DNA of 64,000 nt from an uncultured Desulfovibrio sp. (GTDB lineage Bacteria; Desulfobacterota; Desulfovibrionia; Desulfovibrionales; Desulfovibrionaceae). The translations under genes were made by a program, and so were the position numbers. Location: the NCBI GenBank assembly GCA_905235595.1, contig CAJOMG010000005.1, positions 7,119 to 71,118 on the forward strand, read 5' to 3'. The notes beneath the pieces were generated by a model. It saw only the letters and a list, made by a program, of their open reading frames with translations. It was not told where the DNA came from and did not search any database. Shown here piece after piece: positions 21,019 through 30,975 of this stretch; positions within the stretch are counted from its first letter, which is position 1, and the number at the start of each line of letters is the position of its first letter.

Positions 21019-22989
21019 ATGGATGGTTATCGTTGTGTTCAAAAATTGCTACAAGAGAGACACTATAAGGAGGCCCTATCCCTATCAAAAACTATGCTCT
21101 CACACCAACCATCATCTTCAATATATAAACTATTAGCTGCATATGCATCAGTATTGTTAAATAAATATGATGATGCTCTATCTTTTATTGATTCTGATAT
21201 AACTATAGATAATAAATATAAAAATGAAATTGGCAATATTCTTATTTTAATAATTCACACATCCTTTGTAGAAGAAAATTTTGACGTATGTATTAAATCT
21301 GCAAATAAAATTATCTCTTCTGGAATACATGAAATTTCTGATGATACATTGCTAATAATGAGCAGTGTTTTCGATATGTATGGTTTTACCGATAAAAGTT
21401 TGAATGCGCTTAATGCAGTGAAAAAAAAAGATGCATCATTATTAATGTCAAAAGCTCTTCTCTTACAAAAGCAAGGAAATTATGAACATGCAAAGCAACT
21501 TGCTAATGATGCCATCAATCTTGATCCATCTTCAGAATATCTTGCCATCAATTACACGACACTGCTCATGCAGAGAGGAGAGAACTCGAACGTTCGAGCT
21601 TTTCTTGAAAAATTTATCATGACTAATACACAGTGTGAACTTATTCAAATACGCCTAGCACTCTCTATCCCTCCAATTCTCGAATCTCAAGATCACGCAT
21701 TTACAATACGAAATAATATTCATACAGTCTTGAAAAAAACATCTATAGAGAAACCTGTCAGACCTGAGCATCTTATCACTACCCCCCCATTCTATTTGGC
21801 GTATCATGGTCTCAATGATCGCGTTTTACTTGAAAATATTTCTGATACCATTTTGAATAACACTAGCATTCATACTCTTGTGAAAAAAGCAAAATTTAAA
21901 CGTGGCTATAATGCATCACTAAGGCATCCTAGTAAACGCAAGATCGGTTTTCTGTCATGGCATTTTTCACCCCATACAATTATGTCCTATTTCTTCAGAT
22001 TGCTGAAGCACACAGCTCCACAACTTGCAGAATGCTTTTTTATAGAGCAACCCCAACCGGATAATCTTTTTCGACACGAATTAGGCAAGATAGGTAAAAT
22101 CATCACATTACCAACAGAATCCCCTCTTCGCTTGCAGGAAATTGTTCAGTGCGTGGAAAATCTGGATTTGGATATACTGGTCTATCTCGAGTTGGGTATG
22201 GATCTGACTCCCTGGCTCCTGGCATTTACCCACCCAGCCAAAATACAATGCACACTCTACGGACACCCCGTAACCACAGGAATACGTAACGTGGATTTCT
22301 ATATCTCGCCAGAGCCCATGGAAACAGCTGGAGCGCAACAATACTACACGGAATCTTTGGTCACTCTACCCTGCCTTTTGAGTGGTTTTTTGCCTGTACA
22401 ACAACCGGTTGCCAAGGCTCAACAACAGCTTCCAGCCGGAGTAACCTATATATGCGCACAGAGTTTATTTAAAATCCACCCAGCTATGGACATGATATTT
22501 CGAAAAATTTTACAGGCGGACAAGGATGCACAACTCATCTTCTTTGTTTCAAATGATAAAAACATGTTAGCGGCGTTTACCTCACGACTAGCAAACGTGC
22601 TCGGCCCATATTATGAAAGAGTACATTTCTTACAACAATGTTCAGAATCCGACTTTCTGTCAATTATGCGCAGTGCAGATGTTGTTTTGGACACACTGTT
22701 TTTTAGCGGCGGTGCAACTTCCTATAAAGCTCTAGGAGCTGGTATCCCCGTTGTTACACATGAAGGGATGTTTATGCGTAGCAGACAAACATCGGCATTA
22801 TATCAATACATGGGCGTGGCAGGGCCAATCGCCAGAAATATTGATCATTATTTTACACTGGCGTTGGAACTGGCACATTCACCAGAAAAAAAACATGACA
22901 TCTCGTGTGAATTACTTGCGCATTCTCAGCAATTATTCAACATAAATGCATCCGTGGAACATTTTTCAAATTTCCTAGCAAGACTATAG
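21019..22989 (+). CDS. TPR-containing O-GlcNAc-transferase-like (SPINDLY / GT41) glycosyltransferase
   Basis: N-terminal TPR-like helices. Catalytic-half motifs KIGFLSWHFSPHT, LDLDILVY, PAKIQCTLYGHPVTTG, QSLFKIHP, DVVLDT...GGATS...GIPVVT. Confidence 0.85.
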   Translation: MDGYRCVQKLLQERHYKEALSLSKTMLSHQPSSSIYKLLAAYASVLLNKYDDALSFIDSDITIDNKYKNEIGNILILIIHTSFVEENFDVCIKSANKIISSGIHEISDDTLLIMSSVFDMYGFTDKSLNALNAVKKKDASLLMSKALLLQKQGNYEHAKQLANDAINLDPSSEYLAINYTTLLMQRGENSNVRAFLEKFIMTNTQCELIQIRLALSIPPILESQDHAFTIRNNIHTVLKKTSIEKPVRPEHLITTPPFYLAYHGLNDRVLLENISDTILNNTSIHTLVKKAKFKRGYNASLRHPSKRKIGFLSWHFSPHTIMSYFFRLLKHTAPQLAECFFIEQPQPDNLFRHELGKIGKIITLPTESPLRLQEIVQCVENLDLDILVYLELGMDLTPWLLAFTHPAKIQCTLYGHPVTTGIRNVDFYISPEPMETAGAQQYYTESLVTLPCLLSGFLPVQQPVAKAQQQLPAGVTYICAQSLFKIHPAMDMIFRKILQADKDAQLIFFVSNDKNMLAAFTSRLANVLGPYYERVHFLQQCSESDFLSIMRSADVVLDTLFFSGGATSYKALGAGIPVVTHEGMFMRSRQTSALYQYMGVAGPIARNIDHYFTLALELAHSPEKKHDISCELLAHSQQLFNINASVEHFSNFLARL

Positions 22990-23008
22990 TCTTTACTCGC
23001 AAAGGCGT

Positions 23009-23992
23009 ATGCATCAACTCCCCTGCTTTCTCTACGAAGAAGGCAAACATTTTACCTTACCCGGACCATTGACGTCATTAAGACGTGTCTTTTCACGTTT
23101 TGTGCAGATTGCTAAAGATGGCCGACCTACGCCGGACCCTGCAATCTTTCGCATGGTAACACATGCAGAAGACGCAGCAGTTTTCTTGTTTCCCTTAGAT
23201 CTCGGTGTGTATATTGATAGTGGCGCTGCAGAAAGTATAGGAGCAGTCGTAGCAGCCTTGCCGTTTTTTCCAGGCCGAGAACGACGTCATATTCTTACTG
23301 ATACGGGTGACAGTCTGGAGACCATCCCGCAGCCTGCCTGCATTTTTTCCACAAGTATTCTCAACAATGGAAGACCAGATGTTATACCCATGGCTTACTG
23401 TCTACCTGAACACAGCCTAGCTAACCCGCCATCTTTTGACTGGCGGGCCATACGCTATGATGTATCTTTTGTTGGTAATGTCACCCATCCTGTCCGTCGG
23501 GTCATGGTAGCGTCAATCCGTAAAGAAGCCCCACACCTACGTCTTTTCGTAGACTTTGACAACAGTACGGTAATAGATGGTAACGCCTGCCTTCACCAGC
23601 CACAAAGTCAGGAGCGAGATGCTTATCGCAAAGCGCTCTTTTGCAAGTCACTCCTCACATCATACTGTGTGCTATGCCCCCCAGGCCTTGGGCCACAATC
23701 CATCCGGCTCTATGAAACCATGCATGCAGGAAGGATACCCATAATCATCGATAATGATAGTCGTCGTCCGTTGGAAAACATTATAGACTATACTTCCTTT
23801 TGTTGTATCATACCCAAAAAATCAGTGCTGCATACGGGAACAGCGTTGGCAGCCTGGTTTGCAGCTCAAACCCAGGATTCTCTAAACAGACGTTGCACAC
23901 TGGCCTGCCGCGTCTGGAATACATGGTTTGCTCAGGAAAAACACAACGAAGCACTACTCAATATTGCACAGCGCTCTTATTGGTCAATGTGA
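23009..23992 (+). CDS. Exostosin-like (GT47) glycosyltransferase, apparently cytoplasmic
   Basis: YDVSFVG, HPVRR, SYCVLCPPGLGPQSIRLYETMHAGRIPIII (exostosin signature). No signal peptide or TM segment. Confidence 0.8.
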   Translation: MHQLPCFLYEEGKHFTLPGPLTSLRRVFSRFVQIAKDGRPTPDPAIFRMVTHAEDAAVFLFPLDLGVYIDSGAAESIGAVVAALPFFPGRERRHILTDTGDSLETIPQPACIFSTSILNNGRPDVIPMAYCLPEHSLANPPSFDWRAIRYDVSFVGNVTHPVRRVMVASIRKEAPHLRLFVDFDNSTVIDGNACLHQPQSQERDAYRKALFCKSLLTSYCVLCPPGLGPQSIRLYETMHAGRIPIIIDNDSRRPLENIIDYTSFCCIIPKKSVLHTGTALAAWFAAQTQDSLNRRCTLACRVWNTWFAQEKHNEALLNIAQRSYWSM

Positions 23993-24018
23993 AAAATGGT
24001 GGCATACGGTTTTCCATA

Positions 24019-24055
24019 TATAAAAAAAGCCCCCGGCATGGGGGCTTTTTTTATA
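24019..24055. terminator. Bidirectional intrinsic terminator
   Basis: TATAAAAAAAGCCCCC-GGCAT-GGGGGCTTTTTTTATA between the GT47 gene and groEL. Confidence 0.9.
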
Positions 24056-24081
24056 CAGTATACGAAGTGAGCGATTTGTGT

Positions 24082-25728
24082 TTAGTACATGCCACCCATG
24101 CCACCCATACCGTCCATACCACCAGGCATGGCAGGGGCGTCTTTCTTGGGTTCGGGCTTTTCTGCAATGGCGCATTCGGTGGTCAACAGCAAAGCCGCCA
24201 CTGAAGCTGCATTTTGCAATGCTGCACGTGTAACCTTCTTGGGGTCAATTACACCGGACTTGATAAGGTCTTCATACTCGCCCGTTGCAGCATTAAAACC
24301 AAAACCATCCTTACCCTGACGTACCTTCTCAACAACTATAGAACCTTCAAAACCAGCGTTATGAGCGATCTGACGCAGCGGTTCTTCTATAGCACGACGG
24401 ATAATATCCACACCTGCCAATTCATCGTCATCTGCAGGTTTGATATCATTGAGGACTTTGGCCACACGAATAAAGGCCGTACCGCCGCCAGGTACAATAC
24501 CTTCTTCCACAGCAGCACGTGTGGCATTGAGGGCATCCTCTACACGATCCTTCTTTTCCTTCATTTCCACTTCTGTAGCAGCGCCTACATGCACCACTGC
24601 CACGCCACCTACCAATTTGGCTAGGCGTTCTTGTAATTTTTCACGATCGTAATCAGAGGTGCTTTCTTCAATCTGTGCGCGTATCTGCTTTACACGCCCC
24701 TTAATGTCATCACTCTTGCCAGCGCCATCAACAATAGTAGTATTTTCCTTGTCAACAACAATGCGCTTGGCAGTGCCCAGCATATCCAAGCTCATATTTT
24801 CCAATTTGGAGCCTGTTTCTTCGGAAGCAACCTGACCTCCGGTAAGAATGGCAATATCTTGTAGCATAGCCTTACGGCGATCACCAAAGCCAGGTGCCTT
24901 AACTGCCACAACCTGCAATGCGCCACGGAGTTTGTTCACGACCAAGGTGGCAAGGGCTTCACCCTCAACATCCTCTGCAATAATCATGAGCGGGCGATTA
25001 ACCTTAGCAACCTGCTCAAGCACGGGCAGCATGTCCTTCATGCTAGAAATTTTCTTTTCCGTGCAAAGAATATATGGATTATCCATTTCGCAGACCATTT
25101 TTTCAGTATTGGTCACGAAATAAGGAGAAAGATAACCACGGTCAAAACGCATGCCTTCCACCACGTCCATGGTGGTTTCAAGCCCTTTAGCCTCTTCAAC
25201 AGTTATCACGCCTTCCTTGCCCACCTTGGACATGGCTTCAGCTATAATGTTACCAATGGTGGCATCCGCATTGGCTGAAATAGTGCCAATCTGGGCAATT
25301 TCTTTCTGGTCGCGAGTTGGTTTGGCGAGATTAGCCAGTTCCCCAATGAGTGCCTCAACGGCCTTATCAATACCACGCTTGATAGCCATGGGATTACGTC
25401 CCGCAGCCACGAGTTTGGTACCCTCATGGTAGATAGACTGTGCCAAAATAGTGGCAGTGGTAGTACCGTCACCAGCAGCGTCCGAAGTTTTTGAGGCAAC
25501 TTCTTTAACGAGTTGAGCGCCCATATTTTCAAACTTATCGGACAACTCCACTTCTTTTGCCACTGTCACACCGTCCTTGGTGATAACAGGTGCCCCAAAA
25601 GATTTTTCAATAGCTACATTGCGACCTTTAGGCCCCAAGGTAACTTTAACGGCGTTGGCTAGTTTGTCCACGCCGCGGGAGAGTTTTTCACGAGCTTTGA
25701 CATCAAAAAGAATTTCTTTAGCAGCCAT
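24082..25728 (-). CDS. groL: Chaperonin GroEL
   Basis: [18 protein letters not shown] tail. Confidence 0.99.
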   Translation of the reverse strand: MAAKEILFDVKAREKLSRGVDKLANAVKVTLGPKGRNVAIEKSFGAPVITKDGVTVAKEVELSDKFENMGAQLVKEVASKTSDAAGDGTTTATILAQSIYHEGTKLVAAGRNPMAIKRGIDKAVEALIGELANLAKPTRDQKEIAQIGTISANADATIGNIIAEAMSKVGKEGVITVEEAKGLETTMDVVEGMRFDRGYLSPYFVTNTEKMVCEMDNPYILCTEKKISSMKDMLPVLEQVAKVNRPLMIIAEDVEGEALATLVVNKLRGALQVVAVKAPGFGDRRKAMLQDIAILTGGQVASEETGSKLENMSLDMLGTAKRIVVDKENTTIVDGAGKSDDIKGRVKQIRAQIEESTSDYDREKLQERLAKLVGGVAVVHVGAATEVEMKEKKDRVEDALNATRAAVEEGIVPGGGTAFIRVAKVLNDIKPADDDELAGVDIIRRAIEEPLRQIAHNAGFEGSIVVEKVRQGKDGFGFNAATGEYEDLIKSGVIDPKKVTRAALQNAASVAALLLTTECAIAEKPEPKKDAPAMPGGMDGMGGMGGMY

Positions 25729-25767
25729 GGGGAAACATCCTCCTCAATACATGGAAAGTCGTAGAAA

Positions 25768-26055
25768 TTAATCTATAATAGCAAGAATATCTTCTTCACG
25801 CATAACTAAATGGTCAATACCATCCAGCTTGACTTCAGTGCCTGCATACTTGTTAAACAGGACCATATCTCCGGCTTTCACCGCCAGAGCTACGCGCTTG
25901 CCATCTTCCCCAAGCTTGCCGGGCCCCACGGCAACAACCTCACCCTTAGAAGGCTTTTCCTTAGCCGTATCCGGAATATACAGACCACCGGCAGTCTTCT
26001 CTTCTGATTCGAGACGTTTGACCAACACACGGTCGTTTAAGGGTTTCAGCTTCAT
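25768..26055 (-). CDS. groS: Co-chaperonin GroES
   Basis: [34 protein letters not shown]. Confidence 0.98.
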   Translation of the reverse strand: MKLKPLNDRVLVKRLESEEKTAGGLYIPDTAKEKPSKGEVVAVGPGKLGEDGKRVALAVKAGDMVLFNKYAGTEVKLDGIDHLVMREEDILAIID

Positions 26056-26317
26056 AACGTCATATCCTCCCAATAATTTTTATCTAGGAACACAGCAACG
26101 GTCATAGTACCGGCCGCACTGGAAATTGCGCGTAACAGGCCACGACGCGGATATCGTAGCCGCTATGGCCCGCACCGGACATATAGATAAGACATACTTT
26201 GCAGTTGAAAAGGGGGTAATGAAAAAAATTTTGCTTTTTTCTTTGAAGTCTATCCCAAACAAAAAATGCGGCCTCGCAACTTGAGCGCAGCCGCAAAAAA
26301 AATGATATGGCTGAATG

Positions 26318-26551
26318 CTAGGGGGCTGGGTGATGGGGAATATCCCTCTCATGAGCGCTGGCAAGATTACGATTCCACGCGCGGATGGCCGCCCCTTGAG
26401 AAACAGACCACTGTTGCGAAGTCTGCCCGCAAGAGCAAACAACACGCCAGACCTCTTGCCGCCGACCTGGTGGCAACATGGATTCAAGGTGAACATTAGT
26501 GCCACCGCAGGCAAGACAAGGACGGATAGTGTGTGGATCGAGTTCTTTCAT
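26318..26551 (-). CDS. Small zinc-ribbon protein, Lar (restriction alleviation)-like
   Basis: IRPCLACGG ... VVCSCG ... AAIRAWN matches the Lar pattern PCPFCG...CxxCG...A...WN. Confidence 0.6.
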   Translation of the reverse strand: MKELDPHTIRPCLACGGTNVHLESMLPPGRRQEVWRVVCSCGQTSQQWSVSQGAAIRAWNRNLASAHERDIPHHPAP

Positions 26552-26639
26552 GCAGACTACTGTAGCAGCATTGCCATTGCTGCACAAGGACTGTACATAT
26601 TCTTACATCATTAAATTTTTATCTAAGGAGAGTAGTCAT

Positions 26640-27833
26640 ATGCCAACTCTTTCCTTTCAACACAAACCTCATCTGCGCCGCTGCCTGTGGATATTACTGT
26701 TGGCTGTTCCCGCAGTGTTGATTACTTCGCGTTTCCTTTTCAGCAACCACACACAACGCCGCATCATGCCTATGGAAGCTCCTCCGGTGCGTGTAGCCGT
26801 TGCCTTGGCACAGGATGTTCCCTATTTACTTAGCGGCCTTGGTACGGTGCAACCATCAAGTGACGTTCTGGTTACCAGCCGCGTGGACGGGCACCTACAA
26901 TGCCTTCACTTCAAAGAAGGACAACGTGTCAAAGCAGGAGATCTCCTCGCCGAAATCGATCCCCGCCCCTTTGAGGCAGAACTGACGCAAGCTCAGGGCA
27001 CATTGACGAGAGATCTGGCCCTGCTAGATAATGCCCGTAAGGACATGGTTCGTTATGCAACTCTGTCCAAAAACGATTTTATTGCCCGGCAGGAGTATGA
27101 CAATCAACGTGCCCTGGTACGTCAGTATGAAGGCACGGTGCAGGCCGACAAAGCCGCCGTTGAAGCCGCACGCTTGAAGCTGGAATATAGCCGCATCACT
27201 GCCCCGTCATCGGGTCGACTTGGCCTGCGTACGGTAGACGTAGGCAACATGATTAAAAGTTCGGACACGTTGGGTATTGTCCGCATCACTGAAACACGCC
27301 CCTGTGATGTGCTTTTTACCCTGCCAGATATTTATGTTCCCCTGGTCATTCAGGCTTTGCGTACTTCAAGGGATGGCGCTGGACCGCTGGTTCAGGCATG
27401 GGACAGAAAGCAACAAAAACTGCTGGATACTGGTTATCTTATGTCACTGGACAATCGCATTGACACCGCTACGGGTACCGTGCGCTTAAAGGGGCGTTTT
27501 CTTAATGCGGATGAAACACTGTACCCCAATCAATTTGTAAATGCACGGCTGCTGGTGCGGGTATTGCCTAAAGCTATAACCGTTCCCACTGCGGCAGTGC
27601 AGACAGGCGTTCGCGCCTCATATCTCTATGTAGTTGTGCGTACTGAGAACAATCAAGGAACCGTTGTCATGCGCGAGGTAAAAACTGGTATTGCCACAGA
27701 TGCACTAACAGTCATCGAAGAAGGTCTAAAAGCAGATGAACTGGTTGTGATAGACGGCATAGATCGGCTTCGCGACGGCCTGACCGTGACAATAGCCACT
27801 TCAGTAGAAACACCTAAGGCAGAATCTTTCTGA
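26640..27833 (+). CDS. mdtA: RND efflux periplasmic adaptor MdtA
   Basis: [54 protein letters not shown]. Confidence 0.9.
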   Translation: MPTLSFQHKPHLRRCLWILLLAVPAVLITSRFLFSNHTQRRIMPMEAPPVRVAVALAQDVPYLLSGLGTVQPSSDVLVTSRVDGHLQCLHFKEGQRVKAGDLLAEIDPRPFEAELTQAQGTLTRDLALLDNARKDMVRYATLSKNDFIARQEYDNQRALVRQYEGTVQADKAAVEAARLKLEYSRITAPSSGRLGLRTVDVGNMIKSSDTLGIVRITETRPCDVLFTLPDIYVPLVIQALRTSRDGAGPLVQAWDRKQQKLLDTGYLMSLDNRIDTATGTVRLKGRFLNADETLYPNQFVNARLLVRVLPKAITVPTAAVQTGVRASYLYVVVRTENNQGTVVMREVKTGIATDALTVIEEGLKADELVVIDGIDRLRDGLTVTIATSVETPKAESF

Positions 27834-27843
27834 GACAAAGCAG

Positions 27844-30800
27844 ATGAACCTTTCCCGTATTTTTATTCTCCGGCCGGTCGCTACTTCGCTACTCATGGCG
27901 GCGCTGCTACTGTCTGGCATACTGGGCTATCATTACCTTCCAGTGTCAGCCCTACCGCAGATAGACTACCCCACCATTCAAGTGCAGACGTACTATCCCG
28001 GTGCCGCTCCTGACGTCATCGCGGCCGTTATTACGGCCCCGCTGGAGCGGCAGTTTGGTGCCATGCCTGGTTTAACGCAAATGCACTCTTTGTCCTCTGC
28101 AGGAGCATCTGTAGTAACGCTACTCTTCGATCTCTCTGTAGCGCTGGATGTGGCTGAACAGGAAGTTCAGGCAGCCATCAATACAGCAAATAATCTTCTT
28201 CCACAGGATTTGCCTGCGCCACCCGTATACAACAAAGTCAATCCCGCAGATCCACCAGTTATGACCCTGGCTGTGACCAGCAGTGCTATCCCTTTGACCC
28301 ACCTAGAAGATTTGGTGGATACGCGGATGGCCCAAAAAATATCTCAACTACCCGGCGTGGGTCTGGTAACTCTATCCGGCGGGCAACGACCTGCTGTACG
28401 TGTGCAGGTGAATCCACGTGCTCTGGCTGCCGCTGGTCTAACACTGGCACAAGTGCGTTCTGCTATCGTTCAAGCTAATGTCAATACTGCCAAAGGTAGT
28501 TTTGACGGACCTGAACGTGCCATGAGCATTGACGCCAACGATCAGCTGACCTCGGCAAAGGAGTATGCGTCGACGATAATTGGATACAAGGACGGCGCTC
28601 CACTGCGACTGGGTGATATCGCTGATGTTGTTGAAGGGGCTGAAAATGCCCGTTTAGGGGCTTTTGTGGCCGGGAAAAATTCTGATTTCAACCCTGCCAT
28701 TGTGCTTTCTATCCAACGCCAGCCAGGTGCAAATGTCATTTACGTGGCTGACCGTGTGCGGCAACTGCTCCCGCTTCTACAAGAAACACTCCCCGGCAAT
28801 GTAGAGGTTCGCGTTGTAACAGACAGAACTATTACTATCCGCGCCACCGTAAAAGACGTACAAATGGAACTGCTTCTGTCCGTTGTACTTGTCATCGGCG
28901 TCATCTGGTTTTTTTTGCGTAACGGACGTGCCACAATCATTCCCGCACTGGCAGTTCCCCTTTCCCTTATAGGGACCTTGGGTGTCATGTATCTGGCCGG
29001 ATATTCCCTCAACAATCTTACACTCATGGCTCTCGTCATTGCCACCGGTTTTGTAGTAGATGATGCCATTGTAGTAATTGAAAACATTGTCCGCTATCTA
29101 GGGCAGGGACAATCGCCTGTACAGGCGTCGCTAATAGGCGCAGGCCAGATTGGCTTTACCATTATTTCGCTAACCATTTCACTTGTCGCAGTACTCATTC
29201 CTCTGCTTTTCATGGGAGATGTCGTAGGGCGGCTGTTCCGCGAATTTGCCGTTACTCTTGCCGTAACGATACTCGTTTCTGCTGGCATCTCTCTCACACT
29301 CACGCCTATGTTATGCGCCATAATGTTGCGACCAGAGCAAAAGTCACATCCTGATGAAGGCTTTTTTACACACCTGCTCACTTGGTATGAACAGGCATTA
29401 GACGCAGTTCTTGCCCATCAGAGGCCCATGTTTGCTGTGGCAGCAGGGACCCTGGTGCTCACCATTGCTCTGTATATCCTAGTGCCCAAGGGTTTTTTTC
29501 CAGTGCAGGATACGTGCGTCATACAAGGCATTGCTGAAGCTGCTCAAGATTCTTCCTTTATGGCTATGGCCAACCGGCAGGAAATCTTAGCAAAGGCCAT
29601 TCTGCAAGATCCTGGAGTGGATAGCGTTGTCTTTCTTGTTGGCGTAGACGGCATCAACCCCAGCATGGGAACATCACGTCTTACTATCGCATTAAAGGCA
29701 TTATCAGAACGTGATTCCCGAGCTCCGGCCATCGCCCGTCGCATTATGACAAAGGTTGCCAATATCCCTGGCCTAACCCTCTACTTGCAACCCGTGCAGG
29801 ATCTTACCATTGAAGACAGAATATCACGCACCCAGTATCAGTTTACGGTTGAAGCCTTGAATCGGGAACAGTTAGACGTATGGATACCCAAAATTCTTAG
29901 ACAGCTAGCCCAACAGCCTGAACTTGAACTTGTAACCAGCGACTATCAAAATCCTGGCAGTATGCTCTGGCTCACCATCGACAGAGATACCGCAGGCCGT
30001 CTGGGAGTGAGCATGTCAGACATTGACAACGCCCTCTACGACGCTTTGGGTCAACGACTCATCTCAACCATCTTTACACAGACAAACCAATACAAGGTGG
30101 TGCTGGAAGTAGCTCCGGCCTTTAGACAGGAACCACAGTCGCTGCAAAATCTCTATGTGAACGGGGCAGATGGAACGCCCATCCCATTAACAAGTTTGAT
30201 CACGGCAGAAGAACGCCCAATGCCACTTTCCATAGCAAGGCAGGGTCAGTTCCCCGTGGCAACCATCTCCTTCAACGTTGCGGATAATTCTTCGCTAGGA
30301 GCAGCTGTCAGAGCTCTTGCCAAGACAGAAGCCCAACTATCTATTCCAAACGCTCTACGTACGGAGCTACAGGGTTCGGCAAAGGCCTTCCTGGCATCCA
30401 GCGACAATCAGGTCTGGTTAATCCTGGCGGCAGTAATTACAGTGTATATTGTCTTGGGTGTGCTCTATGAAAGCTACATCCATCCCGTAACCATATTATC
30501 CACTCTTCCATCGGCTGGTGTAGGAGCACTGCTAGCGCTCATGGCTTTCCATATGGACTTGGGTGTGATGGGCATCATTGGGATTATTCTCCTCATTGGT
30601 ATTGTCAAAAAAAACGCCATCATGATGATTGACTTTGCCCTTGATGCAGAACGCAACGAGGGCAAATCCCCCCAGGCTGCCATTCGTCAGGCATGCCTGC
30701 TGCGATTGAGGCCAATTCTTATGACTACCATGGCGGCGCTTCTGGGTGCCCTGCCTCTCATGCTCGGATGGGGCATGGGTGCTGAACTTAGACGCCCATT

Positions 30801-30975
30801 AGGCGTAACCATGGTTGGTGGACTAATATGCAGCCAGGTACTCACCCTGTTCACCACGCCTGTTATCTATCTCTGGTTTGACCGCATAAGCCGTCGCTTG
30901 CGTGGTCTTGTTACTGCAGGCAACACAGCACATAACTTGACAGAGATAGACACCTCAACAGGGGAATCCCCATGA
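27844..30975 (+). CDS. mdtB: RND efflux transporter MdtB
   Basis: [56 protein letters not shown]. Confidence 0.93.
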   Translation: MNLSRIFILRPVATSLLMAALLLSGILGYHYLPVSALPQIDYPTIQVQTYYPGAAPDVIAAVITAPLERQFGAMPGLTQMHSLSSAGASVVTLLFDLSVALDVAEQEVQAAINTANNLLPQDLPAPPVYNKVNPADPPVMTLAVTSSAIPLTHLEDLVDTRMAQKISQLPGVGLVTLSGGQRPAVRVQVNPRALAAAGLTLAQVRSAIVQANVNTAKGSFDGPERAMSIDANDQLTSAKEYASTIIGYKDGAPLRLGDIADVVEGAENARLGAFVAGKNSDFNPAIVLSIQRQPGANVIYVADRVRQLLPLLQETLPGNVEVRVVTDRTITIRATVKDVQMELLLSVVLVIGVIWFFLRNGRATIIPALAVPLSLIGTLGVMYLAGYSLNNLTLMALVIATGFVVDDAIVVIENIVRYLGQGQSPVQASLIGAGQIGFTIISLTISLVAVLIPLLFMGDVVGRLFREFAVTLAVTILVSAGISLTLTPMLCAIMLRPEQKSHPDEGFFTHLLTWYEQALDAVLAHQRPMFAVAAGTLVLTIALYILVPKGFFPVQDTCVIQGIAEAAQDSSFMAMANRQEILAKAILQDPGVDSVVFLVGVDGINPSMGTSRLTIALKALSERDSRAPAIARRIMTKVANIPGLTLYLQPVQDLTIEDRISRTQYQFTVEALNREQLDVWIPKILRQLAQQPELELVTSDYQNPGSMLWLTIDRDTAGRLGVSMSDIDNALYDALGQRLISTIFTQTNQYKVVLEVAPAFRQEPQSLQNLYVNGADGTPIPLTSLITAEERPMPLSIARQGQFPVATISFNVADNSSLGAAVRALAKTEAQLSIPNALRTELQGSAKAFLASSDNQVWLILAAVITVYIVLGVLYESYIHPVTILSTLPSAGVGALLALMAFHMDLGVMGIIGIILLIGIVKKNAIMMIDFALDAERNEGKSPQAAIRQACLLRLRPILMTTMAALLGALPLMLGWGMGAELRRPLGVTMVGGLICSQVLTLFTTPVIYLWFDRISRRLRGLVTAGNTAHNLTEIDTSTGESP

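Noticed and set aside
24082-24130. Short repeats (CATGCCACC/CATACC) at the groEL 3' end
   Set aside because: These encode the normal Gly-Gly-Met tail
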